From positions 26,549 to 90,548 of IMG/VR virus record IMGVR_UViG_3300027763_002499: 64,000 nt of DNA, one strand, 5' to 3'. Source of the DNA: a virus. The notes beneath the pieces are model-generated. The model worked only from the letters and a program-made list of their open reading frames with translations. It was not told the origin of the DNA and did no database searches. Position 1 is the stretch's first letter; the number at the start of each line of letters is the position of its first letter. The position numbers and the translations under genes are program-made. Below are positions 8,918-17,935 of the stretch, piece by piece.

Positions 8918-9957
8918 AACCCCTCCGGAATCAATCCGTCAACAATATTACCTTCCTCGATACCAATCTTAGAACCTTCGCCATGGTATGGCAAATCAAG
9001 TTTACCACCATTACGAATATGCATTTCCCTTAGGAAGTTGCTCATTGCTTCCGGGGCACTCCAACTGGCACCAGGCCGAACGTGTGTCCATTGTAGTTTA
9101 GCACGACTGTGAACAAGCGCAGAGCTCTTAAAGGTTTTCTTAACACTGTCAAGTAAAGTTTTCATCCAACCAATAGGTAAAGATGCGGCCTCGGCTTTAG
9201 AAAGCTTGTACAATTCCAACAGGCCAATGTAAACACCTTGATCAATTTCTTCTTGCAAGGGAAACGCATCTTTGATAGTTGTAAGAATCTCTAACAACAC
9301 TTTACCTTTCTCGTCAACTTCAATGCCCTTTTGTGCATACTTAAAGTGACTAAAGAAGTAGTCGTTCTCACCCCGTAGATTGTCACTTGCACGACTGCTC
9401 TTGTCTTGTAAGTCGATGCCTGCTACATCAAATTGATCTTGCATAGTTTTAGCGGCAACAACCTTTTTATCACGACTACCATTTTTATAACGTACTAGAG
9501 CATTACGGTGAAGGTCGCCTGGGGTTAGACGCTTAACTCCAGTGTCATTTAATAATTCAAACGCATAACTTGCAAAGTTTGGATCTGTAGTGTCAACAAT
9601 GGCACACGGCACTTGGGTGTAACCTAGTAATGCGGCCGACAAAGTGCGGTGTTGTGCATCATACAAATAAATCTTGCCATTGATGCGACATGCAGAACCT
9701 GGGCTACATACCCTTGGGTCCCACTTTTTCATAATGTTCATAACGTGTTTATGAATAACATCACGCTGAACTTCATAGTCAATCCACAGGTCTTCAATCT
9801 CAACCATGGTGCTATGTGGGAATAAATGGACCAAAGCTTTGGCACGATTACGCCATGCTTCTAAGTCCTTGTCGGTAACTTCGTAATGTGCTTTGAGTTG
9901 ACGTTCAACTTCAGCAACCACATCGGTAAATTTGCGTGTAAGACGCTTAACTGCCAT
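8914..9957 (-). CDS. ParB/Srx-like (DGQHR-type) domain protein
   Basis: IDYEVQRD and LYDAQHRTLSA motifs. Confidence 0.65.
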   Translation of the reverse strand: MAVKRLTRKFTDVVAEVERQLKAHYEVTDKDLEAWRNRAKALVHLFPHSTMVEIEDLWIDYEVQRDVIHKHVMNIMKKWDPRVCSPGSACRINGKIYLYDAQHRTLSAALLGYTQVPCAIVDTTDPNFASYAFELLNDTGVKRLTPGDLHRNALVRYKNGSRDKKVVAAKTMQDQFDVAGIDLQDKSSRASDNLRGENDYFFSHFKYAQKGIEVDEKGKVLLEILTTIKDAFPLQEEIDQGVYIGLLELYKLSKAEAASLPIGWMKTLLDSVKKTFKSSALVHSRAKLQWTHVRPGASWSAPEAMSNFLREMHIRNGGKLDLPYHGEGSKIGIEEGNIVDGLIPEGL

Positions 9958-10006
9958 TTGCTTTCTCCTTCATTACCCGACACAATGCGGGATTAGTAAA
10001 GTATAT

Positions 10007-10035
10007 ATTGTATTAAAAAATACTTAGTTTGTCAA
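10007..10035 (-). promoter_or_regulatory. sigma70-type promoter
   Basis: TTGACA-17-TACAAT. Confidence 0.7.
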
Positions 10036-10043
10036 TTATTATT

Positions 10044-10484
10044 TTACCAACTTGCTTGATAATAAAATTCCCAACTATTCCAGTCTCGGGTGAACAGGTC
10101 TTGTAGCTTAGATTGGGTCTCTCTTAGATCTTGCCAGTACCAGTCATCAACATCAGTACCACCAAAAAAGAAACCTGCATGTGGTGGTAATAGATCACGT
10201 GCCAGACTTGGATCATCTAGAACCAAATCAATCACATCAAGAAGCTTTTCAAGTTGTTCAAGGCTTACTTCAGTCTCCTGGCATTCGTCCCGACCATTTT
10301 GTACATTATCTACAAACCATTTGTGGATTGCATTGGCTTTGCGCCAGTACATGGCTTCAATAATCACTTCCTTGATTCGCATGTGTTCAGGAAGCTCTGG
10401 CATGACCTGTTTGAGATTGTCAGCAAGAGTTTGATCGGTATGCCACAAGAAGCGTCGAGCATTCAAGTACATGTCCAGTCCCAT
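10044..10484 (-). CDS. conserved phage hypothetical protein
   Basis: MGLDMYL...YWRKANAIHKWF...GFFFG...YQASW; GGAG RBS before the ATG at 10484. Confidence 0.8.
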   Translation of the reverse strand: MGLDMYLNARRFLWHTDQTLADNLKQVMPELPEHMRIKEVIIEAMYWRKANAIHKWFVDNVQNGRDECQETEVSLEQLEKLLDVIDLVLDDPSLARDLLPPHAGFFFGGTDVDDWYWQDLRETQSKLQDLFTRDWNSWEFYYQASW

Positions 10485-10485
10485 C

Positions 10486-10578
10486 TTAATCTCCAAATGC
10501 TAGAATACAGAATACCAAAAACAATGCCCACCAGGGATGGCCAATAGCCGCTAGAATAATTACACCAACCCAGGCCAT
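10486..10578 (-). CDS. 30-aa hydrophobic peptide (not in ORF track)
   Basis: MAWVGVIILAAIGHPWWALFLVFCILAFGD fills the gap exactly. Confidence 0.5.
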   Translation of the reverse strand: MAWVGVIILAAIGHPWWALFLVFCILAFGD

Positions 10579-10752
10579 TTATACAGCACCAAGGTAAGGA
10601 CTGTAAATTTCCTCATCTACGGTAACTACCGGCATTACCCAAGATTGCATCACTGCATCCAATGCCGCAAAATCATATTGTGGCAACTTAGGACGAACTT
10701 TGCTGTTTGCACGAGCGGTGTGTTCTGTGTTTTTTTCGCGATTAGTTTTCAT
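10579..10752 (-). CDS. hypothetical protein (not in ORF track)
   Basis: 57-aa ORF with AAGGA RBS. Confidence 0.5.
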   Translation of the reverse strand: MKTNREKNTEHTARANSKVRPKLPQYDFAALDAVMQSWVMPVVTVDEEIYSPYLGAV

Positions 10753-10761
10753 GATGTTTCC

Positions 10762-10971
10762 TTATAGTGACTTAATGTGTTTAATAACTTCTTTTGCTTC
10801 TCTATACTCAGAATCTTCTAGCATTTGATTTTCATTTATTTCTGCTATCATTTTCCTGGCTATCATTTCTAAATTTAATTTAGATAATGGTCCATTGAGA
10901 TTGTATGCCTGTATCCAACGAATCTTATATCCTTTAAGAGGATCGTTGTTTTCCATGTTACACCTTTTCAC
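10762..10971 (-). CDS. hypothetical protein (start probably 10956)
   Basis: ORF in the early-gene run. Confidence 0.55.
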   Translation of the reverse strand: MKRCNMENNDPLKGYKIRWIQAYNLNGPLSKLNLEMIARKMIAEINENQMLEDSEYREAKEVIKHIKSL

Positions 10972-11134
10972 CTTCCTGCTTTAGGAATTGCTCATTACGA
11001 CGTTGAGCAACACCTGCAATACTAGCAATGGCTCGAAAAATTTCTGCCTCTTGCTTGGTTGTCAAAGATTCAGTTTTAAGTCGGTTAATACCAAACTCAA
11101 TGCGAGCAATGAGTTCTCGATTTGATACAGTCAT
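10958..11134 (-). CDS. hypothetical protein (not in ORF track)
   Basis: 58 aa MTVSNRELIAR..., ATGA overlap. Confidence 0.55.
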   Translation of the reverse strand: MTVSNRELIARIEFGINRLKTESLTTKQEAEIFRAIASIAGVAQRRNEQFLKQEGEKV

Positions 11135-11271
11135 GCATCAACCCCTTGACTTTCAATCCAACCCAATACCAATTCAATTGGACACTCAAGCTCACTTGCA
11201 ATCTGCTTCGGGCTCATGCCATCAATATACAGTTGCTCAATGTCCCAGGCCAAATCTTTCATCGTGCTCAT
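11131..11271 (-). CDS. small HTH-like protein
   Basis: MSTMKDLAWDIEQLYIDGMSPKQIASELECP; C-terminal part of the track ORF. Confidence 0.6.
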   Translation of the reverse strand: MSTMKDLAWDIEQLYIDGMSPKQIASELECPIELVLGWIESQGVDA

Positions 11272-11720
11272 ACTGTTTCCTTTTCTTCTTGGGCAATAGC
11301 ATCTGTTAACGCTGTCAATGTCCGGCTCAATGGATGAGTGTTTTCGTATGTAGTACCGCAATACCAAACACCATCTTTGATAATGTAGTAATACTCTGCA
11401 CCACAGTTGTCGCATTGTTCCAGAAACTCTGTGAATGTGTGTGCTACTTTAAACTCTGCACCTGTTTCGCCACGGTCACGGCCGTAAAAAACAGTAATGT
11501 CTTCTGCTGGCTTTTCAAACGAGTGCTCAACACCGTCAGGAATCTCAATGTTGTTGCACAGACTTGACATGTCACCAAGTGCTACCAGGTGGTTTGCTTT
11601 AGAGCTGTCGTAGCTGTTTTCCAAGATTTTACCATTGTGAGCCAAATAGCCGTCCCAGTGACAGTAAACACTTTTGACTTTGTCACCGTGCATGACACCA
11701 ATTCTTGAACGTGTACCCAT
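11268..11720 (-). CDS. conserved phage early protein
   Basis: MGTRSRIG...SVYCHWDGY...AEYYYI; AGGAG RBS. Confidence 0.8.
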   Translation of the reverse strand: MGTRSRIGVMHGDKVKSVYCHWDGYLAHNGKILENSYDSSKANHLVALGDMSSLCNNIEIPDGVEHSFEKPAEDITVFYGRDRGETGAEFKVAHTFTEFLEQCDNCGAEYYYIIKDGVWYCGTTYENTHPLSRTLTALTDAIAQEEKETV

Positions 11721-11752
11721 TTTAAACTCCTGTTTTGTTTGTGTATGTATGT

Positions 11753-11781
11753 ATTATAGCACTGAACCAATAACCCGTCAA
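11753..11781 (-). promoter_or_regulatory. sigma70-type early promoter
   Basis: TTGACG-17-TATAAT. Confidence 0.85.
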
Positions 11782-11798
11782 CCACCCGGGTTATTTTG

Positions 11799-11816
11799 TG
11801 TTGGTTTTAAGCAACA
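11799..11816. promoter_or_regulatory. TGTTG-N8-CAACA operator-like palindrome
   Basis: copies also at 12584, 13016, 55049, 55945, 57331, each just upstream of a -35 box. Confidence 0.6.
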
Positions 11817-12100
11817 ACTTCCAGCATGTTAGCAGGCACTTTCCACAAACCACTGGTAAAAGAACCTGGTTTATTTTCGCGAATTGTAACATACTTGATG
11901 GCAATCTTTTCCACAGTACCAACCACAGGCTGACCGCGTTTGGTGCTGTTGAATTTTACCTTGGAGCCCAAAGTCAGACTACGTTTGGTCTGGTCCATTA
12001 ATCGAGCTCGGGCAAACTTGACAGCATCGATGATGCTGGTCAGTTCATCGTTTGTACAGTTGCCAGTGATGATGGCACGGTTGATTTCTTTGATATCCAT
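11807..12100 (-). CDS. hypothetical phage protein
   Basis: 97 aa, AAGGAG RBS. Confidence 0.75.
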   Translation of the reverse strand: MDIKEINRAIITGNCTNDELTSIIDAVKFARARLMDQTKRSLTLGSKVKFNSTKRGQPVVGTVEKIAIKYVTIRENKPGSFTSGLWKVPANMLEVVA

Positions 12101-12273
12101 TTGAGTCTCCTTGGTTAAGCTTGATACATTTCTTGGGCCAATTGTTCAGCGTATTCCTGTGCTTCCTCATAGTCATCTGTGCCAGTGAGCACTACATCAC
12201 CATTGATGGTAACAGTATAAACGTTGAACAAAAAGTCAAATTCTAATTCATAATCCATTTGAGTCTCCTTGAT

Positions 12274-12507
12274 TTAACAGTAAAAATCTTCGCCACGATC
12301 GTAAGCACCAATCGCTTCGTAAACCACTTCACGAACCGCGGTGTCCATTGCTTCGCCAAACTTTTCGTAATCTGAGTCAGCCAAGTCACGCAGGTTTTGT
12401 TGAACCAAGGCCCAGGGGCTTTTGCGATGTGCATGGTATTCGATAATACCTTAATGGCTTGGATTACCAGCTTCGCTAAACATACCAAAACTTTGAACAA
12501 CTTGCAT
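12274..12507 (-). pseudogene. early gene interrupted by an in-frame TAA (pseudogene or sequence error)
   Basis: promoter and AAGGAG RBS; MQVVQSFGMFSEAGNPSH*GIIEYH...EAMDTAVREVVYEAIG; TAA at 12451-12453. Confidence 0.55.
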
Positions 12508-12537
12508 GCCCGACTCCTTTTTACTGAACATGTATGT

Positions 12538-12566
12538 ATTATACGGTATTTTGAATAACCCGTCAA
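12538..12566 (-). promoter_or_regulatory. sigma70-type early promoter
   Basis: TTGACG-17-TATAAT; inverted repeat AATAACCCGT/ACGGGTTATT over the -35 box. Confidence 0.85.
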
Positions 12567-12591
12567 CTCAACGGGTTATTATTTGTTGTTT

Positions 12592-12906
12592 TTAAACAAC
12601 GTATGAAGTGCCAGTAATCACATTGTAAACACGGGTACCAGCACCAAATTCTGCACGGGCTTCGAGCTTTTCTTCATCGCTTGGACCACGATAGTTGGCA
12701 CGATAATTTTCCAAAAACTTACGAGTTTCTTGTGCTCGGGCTTCGTTGCTGTTAGCAACAACCAAACTATCAACCAAACCTGCTTTTTGGAATTCTTCTA
12801 ACATGTCGTTAAAAGGAACTTGATCATTGCTGTTCCAACGCACTACTGGACCTGTAGCATCATTAGTTTCGTCAATGTAAAATTTGTCTGCGTATTTGTG
12901 GCTCAT
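12592..12906 (-). CDS. conserved phage hypothetical protein
   Basis: AAGGAG RBS before MSHKY; VVRWNSNDQVPF..EARAEFGAG..NVITG. Confidence 0.75.
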   Translation of the reverse strand: MSHKYADKFYIDETNDATGPVVRWNSNDQVPFNDMLEEFQKAGLVDSLVVANSNEARAQETRKFLENYRANYRGPSDEEKLEARAEFGAGTRVYNVITGTSYVV

Positions 12907-12937
12907 CTTTTGCTCCTTATTACCTAACATACTTTGT

Positions 12938-12966
12938 ATTATAGATAGATCTGGACCAAGAGTCAA
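12938..12966 (-). promoter_or_regulatory. sigma70-type early promoter
   Basis: TTGACT-17-TATAAT. Confidence 0.85.
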
Positions 12967-13038
12967 CCACTTTTGTGAAAAACCCTACAAAAAGTAGGGT
13001 TTTTTGGGATAAATTTGTTGTTTTTTTACAAAAAAGTG

Positions 13039-13323
13039 TTAATTTTGGGCTTTTTTCTTCTTTTGTAAGTCCTGCATTTTTAAAACGGGTTTTTTTGGTG
13101 CAGATTTTGCTTTTTTTACTGTAAATTCTGCCCGCATATAATAAGATATCATCTTCTTACGAATATTGTGAACTACATCTACACTATCATCATCAATGAC
13201 CCACTGGTAAGGACAATGTGACCATTTCATTGTTTTTTCAAATGTATAAAATAACTTACGATGCTCGGGATTATTTGCATCAAAGATGTAAGCTGGTCTA
13301 ATAGCAGTAAAAGACTTAATCAT
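13039..13323 (-). CDS. hypothetical protein
   Basis: 94 aa, basic tail. Confidence 0.7.
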   Translation of the reverse strand: MIKSFTAIRPAYIFDANNPEHRKLFYTFEKTMKWSHCPYQWVIDDDSVDVVHNIRKKMISYYMRAEFTVKKAKSAPKKPVLKMQDLQKKKKAQN

Positions 13324-13335
13324 AAATTTCCTTTG

Positions 13336-13752
13336 TTAACGGCGCATCGTGCTAATGTCACGAGCTTCTTCATCACTAAAAATAGGCACAGCATTAGACT
13401 TGTGCATGGTACCGATACCCTTTACCTTTGTACCAGTATATTGCTTAATTGGAGTATTTGTGCTTGTACCTGCTTCACCAGTATTGCGTGAAGGAATATG
13501 ACTAGAAGTTGATCTACCAGGCGGCGCACTCAAGGTATAGGAGAGTGGTGCCGCTGACATGGCCCGTCTGCGTTTCCGTTCTTCCTGTTCAATGCCCCAA
13601 CGCTTTTGTAACTCGCGCCATTCTTGGTCCAACTGGCGGGCTTTTTGGGCCTCAGCGGCATTGCGAAACTTACGCTTGCCTTTCTGTTTGCCTGTTGTAC
13701 TAAGCCATGGGCCTTCTAAATGCATACTCATAATAGGTACCTCCAAGATCAA
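13336..13752 (-). CDS. conserved phage hypothetical protein (start probably MSMHLEG)
   Basis: YTGTKVKGIGTMHKSNAVP...MRR motif; promoter TTGACT-17-TATAAT at 13752-13780. Confidence 0.75.
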   Translation of the reverse strand: MILEVPIMSMHLEGPWLSTTGKQKGKRKFRNAAEAQKARQLDQEWRELQKRWGIEQEERKRRRAMSAAPLSYTLSAPPGRSTSSHIPSRNTGEAGTSTNTPIKQYTGTKVKGIGTMHKSNAVPIFSDEEARDISTMRR

Positions 13753-13949
13753 TTATAACTGTTATAGTCTGGAAAGTCAAAGAATTTTTCTAGAAAATGG
13801 CCAATGTTGCCATAAATTATAGCTTCTAGATATTCTTGGTCCTCTGTACTTAGGTTCACATCATTTTCAATGGCTTCGTGCATTTGCAGTAGCCAATGAT
13901 TAATCATGTCCATGTGTACACTAGATTTTTCAAGCTTTTTCTTGATCAT
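13749..13949 (-). CDS. hypothetical protein, leaderless start
   Basis: TTGACA-17-TATAAT at 13956-13984 puts +1 on the ATG at 13949. Confidence 0.55.
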   Translation of the reverse strand: MIKKKLEKSSVHMDMINHWLLQMHEAIENDVNLSTEDQEYLEAIIYGNIGHFLEKFFDFPDYNSYN

Positions 13950-14023
13950 GTGTTTATTATAATGTATAATGAAGCAATTGTCAAATTTTTTTTGATAAGT
14001 AAACTTATACAACCTTTCAAGTT

Positions 14024-14581
14024 ATGATTGCATTAAACGCATACCCTGCACTATTACTCAACGCCGATTTTCAACCGGTCCATATGCATCCATTAAGTAC
14101 TATAAATTGGCAAGACGCTATTAAATCAGTCTTTTCTGATCGAGTGAATGTAGTTGCAGAATACGATGTTGAAATTCATAGTGCTACGCAAAGTTGGCGC
14201 TTGCCCAGTGTTGTGGCTCTCAAAGACTATGTCAAAAGAGACCAAACTCCTACATTCAGCAGATACAATGTTTATCTACGTGACCAGTTTACTTGCCAAT
14301 ATTGTGGAGGAGAGTTTGAAGCTCGTCATTTGACATTTGACCATGTTATCCCAAGAGCACATGGTGGTATAAGTTCATGGCAAAACGTTGTTGCGGCTTG
14401 CAGTCCTTGCAATCACAAAAAAGGATCAAAGTTGCCAAATGAAGCCAAGATGTTCCCGATCAACAAACCTGTACCTCCTACTGCATGGGACTTGTACGCT
14501 AGGGGAAAACGTAGGCCTCAAAGTAATCTACACGAATCTTGGAGAGATTATCTATATTGGGATAGTGCTTTAGAAGCATAA
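14024..14581 (+). CDS. HNH endonuclease (McrA-like)
   Basis: RDQFTCQYCG, TFDHVIPRAHGG, WQNVVAACSPCNHKK. Confidence 0.92.
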   Translation: MIALNAYPALLLNADFQPVHMHPLSTINWQDAIKSVFSDRVNVVAEYDVEIHSATQSWRLPSVVALKDYVKRDQTPTFSRYNVYLRDQFTCQYCGGEFEARHLTFDHVIPRAHGGISSWQNVVAACSPCNHKKGSKLPNEAKMFPINKPVPPTAWDLYARGKRRPQSNLHESWRDYLYWDSALEA

Positions 14582-14592
14582 AGAAAAGGCTG

Positions 14593-14934
14593 TCAATCCG
14601 ACAGCTTTTTCATCATCAAAGACTCGGCTTCGTCTTTTCTTCTTTCAGCTTGCGCTTCGGCCAACATTGGGACTGCTTGTCTTATAACCGTTAGCATGAA
14701 TTCTTCACCAGCTTCCCTCATATGACTAAACTCGGGCTTTGAGCTAACATAACAGTATTCACTGTCATTAAGCATTTCCTTTAATGCACCCATGATTAGA
14801 ATTGAGATTTGTTTTTCCTTAGGTGTCATGTGATTAATGGCAATAGCAGGTTTTACCGGACTAGCCACTCCGAAACAGATTTTCCTCCAAGTTGCCCTGA
14901 AGCTGTTGATAATTTTTTCCATCGTGAGTTGCAT
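14593..14934 (-). CDS. hypothetical protein
   Basis: 113-aa ORF, start uncertain. Confidence 0.6.
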   Translation of the reverse strand: MQLTMEKIINSFRATWRKICFGVASPVKPAIAINHMTPKEKQISILIMGALKEMLNDSEYCYVSSKPEFSHMREAGEEFMLTVIRQAVPMLAEAQAERRKDEAESLMMKKLSD

Positions 14935-15458
14935 ACGCTGTTATCTCTAACAATTACTCTACCAAGCAATACTACCAAAGCCCATTCCTTTCTTTCCCAT
15001 CGAGGAAGATAAGGTTCAATTGGCTTGCCTGTATTTTTATATTCTTCACTGAGTATTTCTCTCATTAATGGATGTTTGGTTTGTGGGTTAATAGTATGAT
15101 ATACAGCATCTGGTGGTGGTACTGTACCGTCGGGAATACGGTCAGCTTCATACCAATGTCTGAATCCTTCACTTAACCATTCTACCATTACCTGTTTTTC
15201 CCAGAGTAATCTGTTGGCACTATCCCTCAAGTGTTTGTTGTGCCACTCACCCGGTGAACCGTGTGTGATAATGGCCACTGATGTATTGTCTCCGCCAACA
15301 ACGCCAATGATATCGCTAGGATCTACATCAAATGGTGCCCTGTCAGCTGGTATTACTTTACCATCGTGTAACACGACTGTTAAACCAGCACGATCTTCAC
15401 CTACAGGATTTCCATCCCACCATTCAAACATTTCAGAATAACCACTTGGTGCGCTCAT
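14853..15458 (-). CDS. stand-alone Peptidase_G2-like intramolecular chaperone domain
   Basis: GYSEMFEWWDGN..EDRAG..V.L, IIGVV, YLPRWERKEW..V.LLGRV.VRD. Confidence 0.65.
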   Translation of the reverse strand: MSAPSGYSEMFEWWDGNPVGEDRAGLTVVLHDGKVIPADRAPFDVDPSDIIGVVGGDNTSVAIITHGSPGEWHNKHLRDSANRLLWEKQVMVEWLSEGFRHWYEADRIPDGTVPPPDAVYHTINPQTKHPLMREILSEEYKNTGKPIEPYLPRWERKEWALVVLLGRVIVRDNSVCNSRWKKLSTASGQLGGKSVSEWLVR

Positions 15459-16012
15459 TTAGTTTCCAATTTTACGTTTAGTTCTTTTAAGACTTCCCTA
15501 TATAAAGGTTCGCCTGCGGCAACTTGTTCCTTCCAAGTTTTGCCAGCGCCAGAATCTGCCGGATCGCTAATGTATTTCCATACTTCAATATCAATGCCTA
15601 GTTTATTTGCAGCCTTGGCCACACTGTAGGCCTCCATATCAACTACATCACACTCAACACGAAGTTTGTTGGGTTCTGTAATAAAGATGTCACCTGATGC
15701 ACAAGTCTTGCCTACGCCTGGCATGATAATCATACTTTCTGGATCATTAAAGTGAATGCCAGGTTGCATACCAAGTGCCATCAAGTTTACATCATGTTGC
15801 CATACAGTATTGATACGATGAACACCTGTGCCAAGTGTAATGCCACCAGCAGTGCCCATGTTAATAATACGCTTAGGATGATACAAGTGGCATAGGCGCA
15901 TTGTGTTAATTGCGGCATTTACTTTACCTACGCCAATGCAATGTACATTAGAATATTCTTTAAAAAGATTTGGCGCTTCGTCTGTGAGTGCAAATACAAT
16001 TAGATCAGTCAT
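15455..16012 (-). CDS. MTA/SAH nucleosidase-like protein (PNP_UDP_1 family)
   Basis: GVGKVNAA, INMGTAGG, SGDIF, VDMEAYSVA, KYISD. Confidence 0.85.
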   Translation of the reverse strand: MTDLIVFALTDEAPNLFKEYSNVHCIGVGKVNAAINTMRLCHLYHPKRIINMGTAGGITLGTGVHRINTVWQHDVNLMALGMQPGIHFNDPESMIIMPGVGKTCASGDIFITEPNKLRVECDVVDMEAYSVAKAANKLGIDIEVWKYISDPADSGAGKTWKEQVAAGEPLYREVLKELNVKLETK

Positions 16013-16562
16013 TTATTAATCCAAAAACACGAACACCTTTTTCTTCTAACAACCGTTGTCCTGGTAAGAATGAGAGGTTAACCAATACGGCCACGTTCAT
16101 TGAAGTATATGGGATAGCTAGGTTATTATGCAATAATTTACAAATTGCTTCTGCTGTGCCGCCCGTTGCAAGTACATCATCAATGATTAATATTGGGCGA
16201 TTGCCAATGTTAGTGGTTGTTGAAAGTTCCAGGGTATCGGTACCATACTCAAGATTATAAGTTTGGCTCCACACGGCACCAGGAAGTTTACCTGGCTTCC
16301 TTACCACATGCAAAGGTAGTTTACAATGATTTGCAGTTGGAGCACCCCAAATAAAGCCACGAGCATCAGCGGCAAAAATATCTTGTACATTGCAATCTTC
16401 AGCAACTGCTTTAAACCATTGTACACTTTGATCAAATGCAATTGGGTGCTGACAAAGTCCAACTGTATTAAGATAATTAACTCCTGGCTTGGGCCAGTTA
16501 GAATATATTGGTATATGTTTGCGTACAGAGTCTGATGTTGTTGAAGTAAGATGTGTTAGCAT
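16005..16562 (-). CDS. apt: adenine phosphoribosyltransferase
   Basis: WPKPGV, ARGFIWG, VRKPGKLPG, YNLEYG, IIDDVLATGGT. Confidence 0.92.
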   Translation of the reverse strand: MLTHLTSTTSDSVRKHIPIYSNWPKPGVNYLNTVGLCQHPIAFDQSVQWFKAVAEDCNVQDIFAADARGFIWGAPTANHCKLPLHVVRKPGKLPGAVWSQTYNLEYGTDTLELSTTTNIGNRPILIIDDVLATGGTAEAICKLLHNNLAIPYTSMNVAVLVNLSFLPGQRLLEEKGVRVFGLIND

Positions 16563-16622
16563 ACAACTAATTAGTATCTATACTTCCAGCATGTAAGATC
16601 AAAATCCTGCTAGGATTATAAA

Positions 16623-17318
16623 TTACAAAATCTTTACTCTGGTCAGTCTGGTTTCTTTTGTACCAAACTGATCATTACCATGTGCTTTAACAACACCAAC
16701 AATGGGGAATTCTTCAGGTGAGTCGGGCCACATATCAACCATCATGCTACTGGACCAAAAATACATGTTAGTACCATCTGTGGCACGAACAACACTCCCT
16801 GGAAATGCTCGGCCCATATATTTTGCCACCACACGAACTTTTAGGTTAAGCTTTTGGCCGATTTCGCCTTGATGGATACTGGTACGTGCAACAAGGTCTA
16901 GCTCTTCCTTTTTGCGTTCTTTAACCAACTCCCTGCGATACCTGCTGGGCATACAAGCAAGATAAGCCAAACCCATACGAACATTAACTTTTTCTTCAGT
17001 GATCAAATTTAAAATCTTTTGATCAAACTCTGATATCTTGCCTGTAATGGCATCCATGGCAATATATTGAAAGTGTTCGTTTAACTGCTGGGCTAACGCA
17101 CGGTCTTCATCTGTAATATTGACCATGCCAAGTTTAACTTGGTCCGCAATAATATCTCTGTTTGGCCTCAACTTAACATTGCCAGTTTCTTGATCAAGCT
17201 CAGCAAACTTAATGTATTGTCCGCCATTGATCCGATCAGCTAGAGCAACCAAGGACCAGGCATCAATGAGGGGAAGTACACCTTCTTTGAGGAACTTTGT
17301 CTTTTCTTGATTATCCAT
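16623..17318 (-). CDS. hypothetical protein, possible C-terminal OB fold
   Basis: GEIGQKL...GVVKAH...ETRLTRVK; promoter TTGACT-17-TATAAT at 17356-17384. Confidence 0.65.
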   Translation of the reverse strand: MDNQEKTKFLKEGVLPLIDAWSLVALADRINGGQYIKFAELDQETGNVKLRPNRDIIADQVKLGMVNITDEDRALAQQLNEHFQYIAMDAITGKISEFDQKILNLITEEKVNVRMGLAYLACMPSRYRRELVKERKKEELDLVARTSIHQGEIGQKLNLKVRVVAKYMGRAFPGSVVRATDGTNMYFWSSSMMVDMWPDSPEEFPIVGVVKAHGNDQFGTKETRLTRVKIL

Positions 17319-17406
17319 TGTTGATAACTTTCAAATTGAAACGTTGATGTTTGCTATTATACCACAAACAAACAGAAAAGTCAATGGTTAATATGTTGTA
17401 TACAAT

Positions 17407-17847
17407 TTACATAGAAATACACAATCTGATTCCTCTACTGCGAAGCTTTTCTTCCCAGGCAAAAAATGTTGTGTATCCGTGGGTCATAACGCCGTGATAT
17501 TCCCATTCCCATTGATGGACCATTTCATGGGCCACTACAGAAATAAACTTTTTAAAATTGGGCCAGTGTTTTTGCAACCTTATGGCTTTTGTGTAATAAG
17601 GTCCCCAACGACTGCCGCGTTGTAGGCCTTCGCACTCTCCCCAGATTTGTCTATGCTTATAATCCCTGACTATAATTTTAGGGATTGTAAGAGCATTACT
17701 AAAAACGGAAGAATTGATAGAATGATAGACTGTTTTGGCAAGATTTTCGGTAGCGACAAATGGACATTTTATGCCCATATTATTGGCCACCCCTACTAAT
17801 TGATGTAGTTGGTATCGTGGAGACTGTTTTAGTTCTAAAACTACCAT
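17407..17847 (-). CDS. SprT-like zinc metalloprotease
   Basis: HEMVHQW...HG..F motif. Confidence 0.75.
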   Translation of the reverse strand: MVVLELKQSPRYQLHQLVGVANNMGIKCPFVATENLAKTVYHSINSSVFSNALTIPKIIVRDYKHRQIWGECEGLQRGSRWGPYYTKAIRLQKHWPNFKKFISVVAHEMVHQWEWEYHGVMTHGYTTFFAWEEKLRSRGIRLCISM

Positions 17848-17935
17848 GTATACTCCTGCCTGTACAGATAACTGTACTAGCTATTTAGTCATACATCTGG
17901 TGTTATAAACTACAGTTATAGGAAGCAATTAAAGC

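Noticed and set aside
12243-12566. 107-aa track ORF
   Set aside because: It starts at the TTG of a -35 box and runs across the promoter; the RBS points to another frame.
14024-14581. Intron-associated homing endonuclease
   Set aside because: Free-standing between intact genes and resembles the common bacterial McrA-like HNH family; no interrupted host gene.
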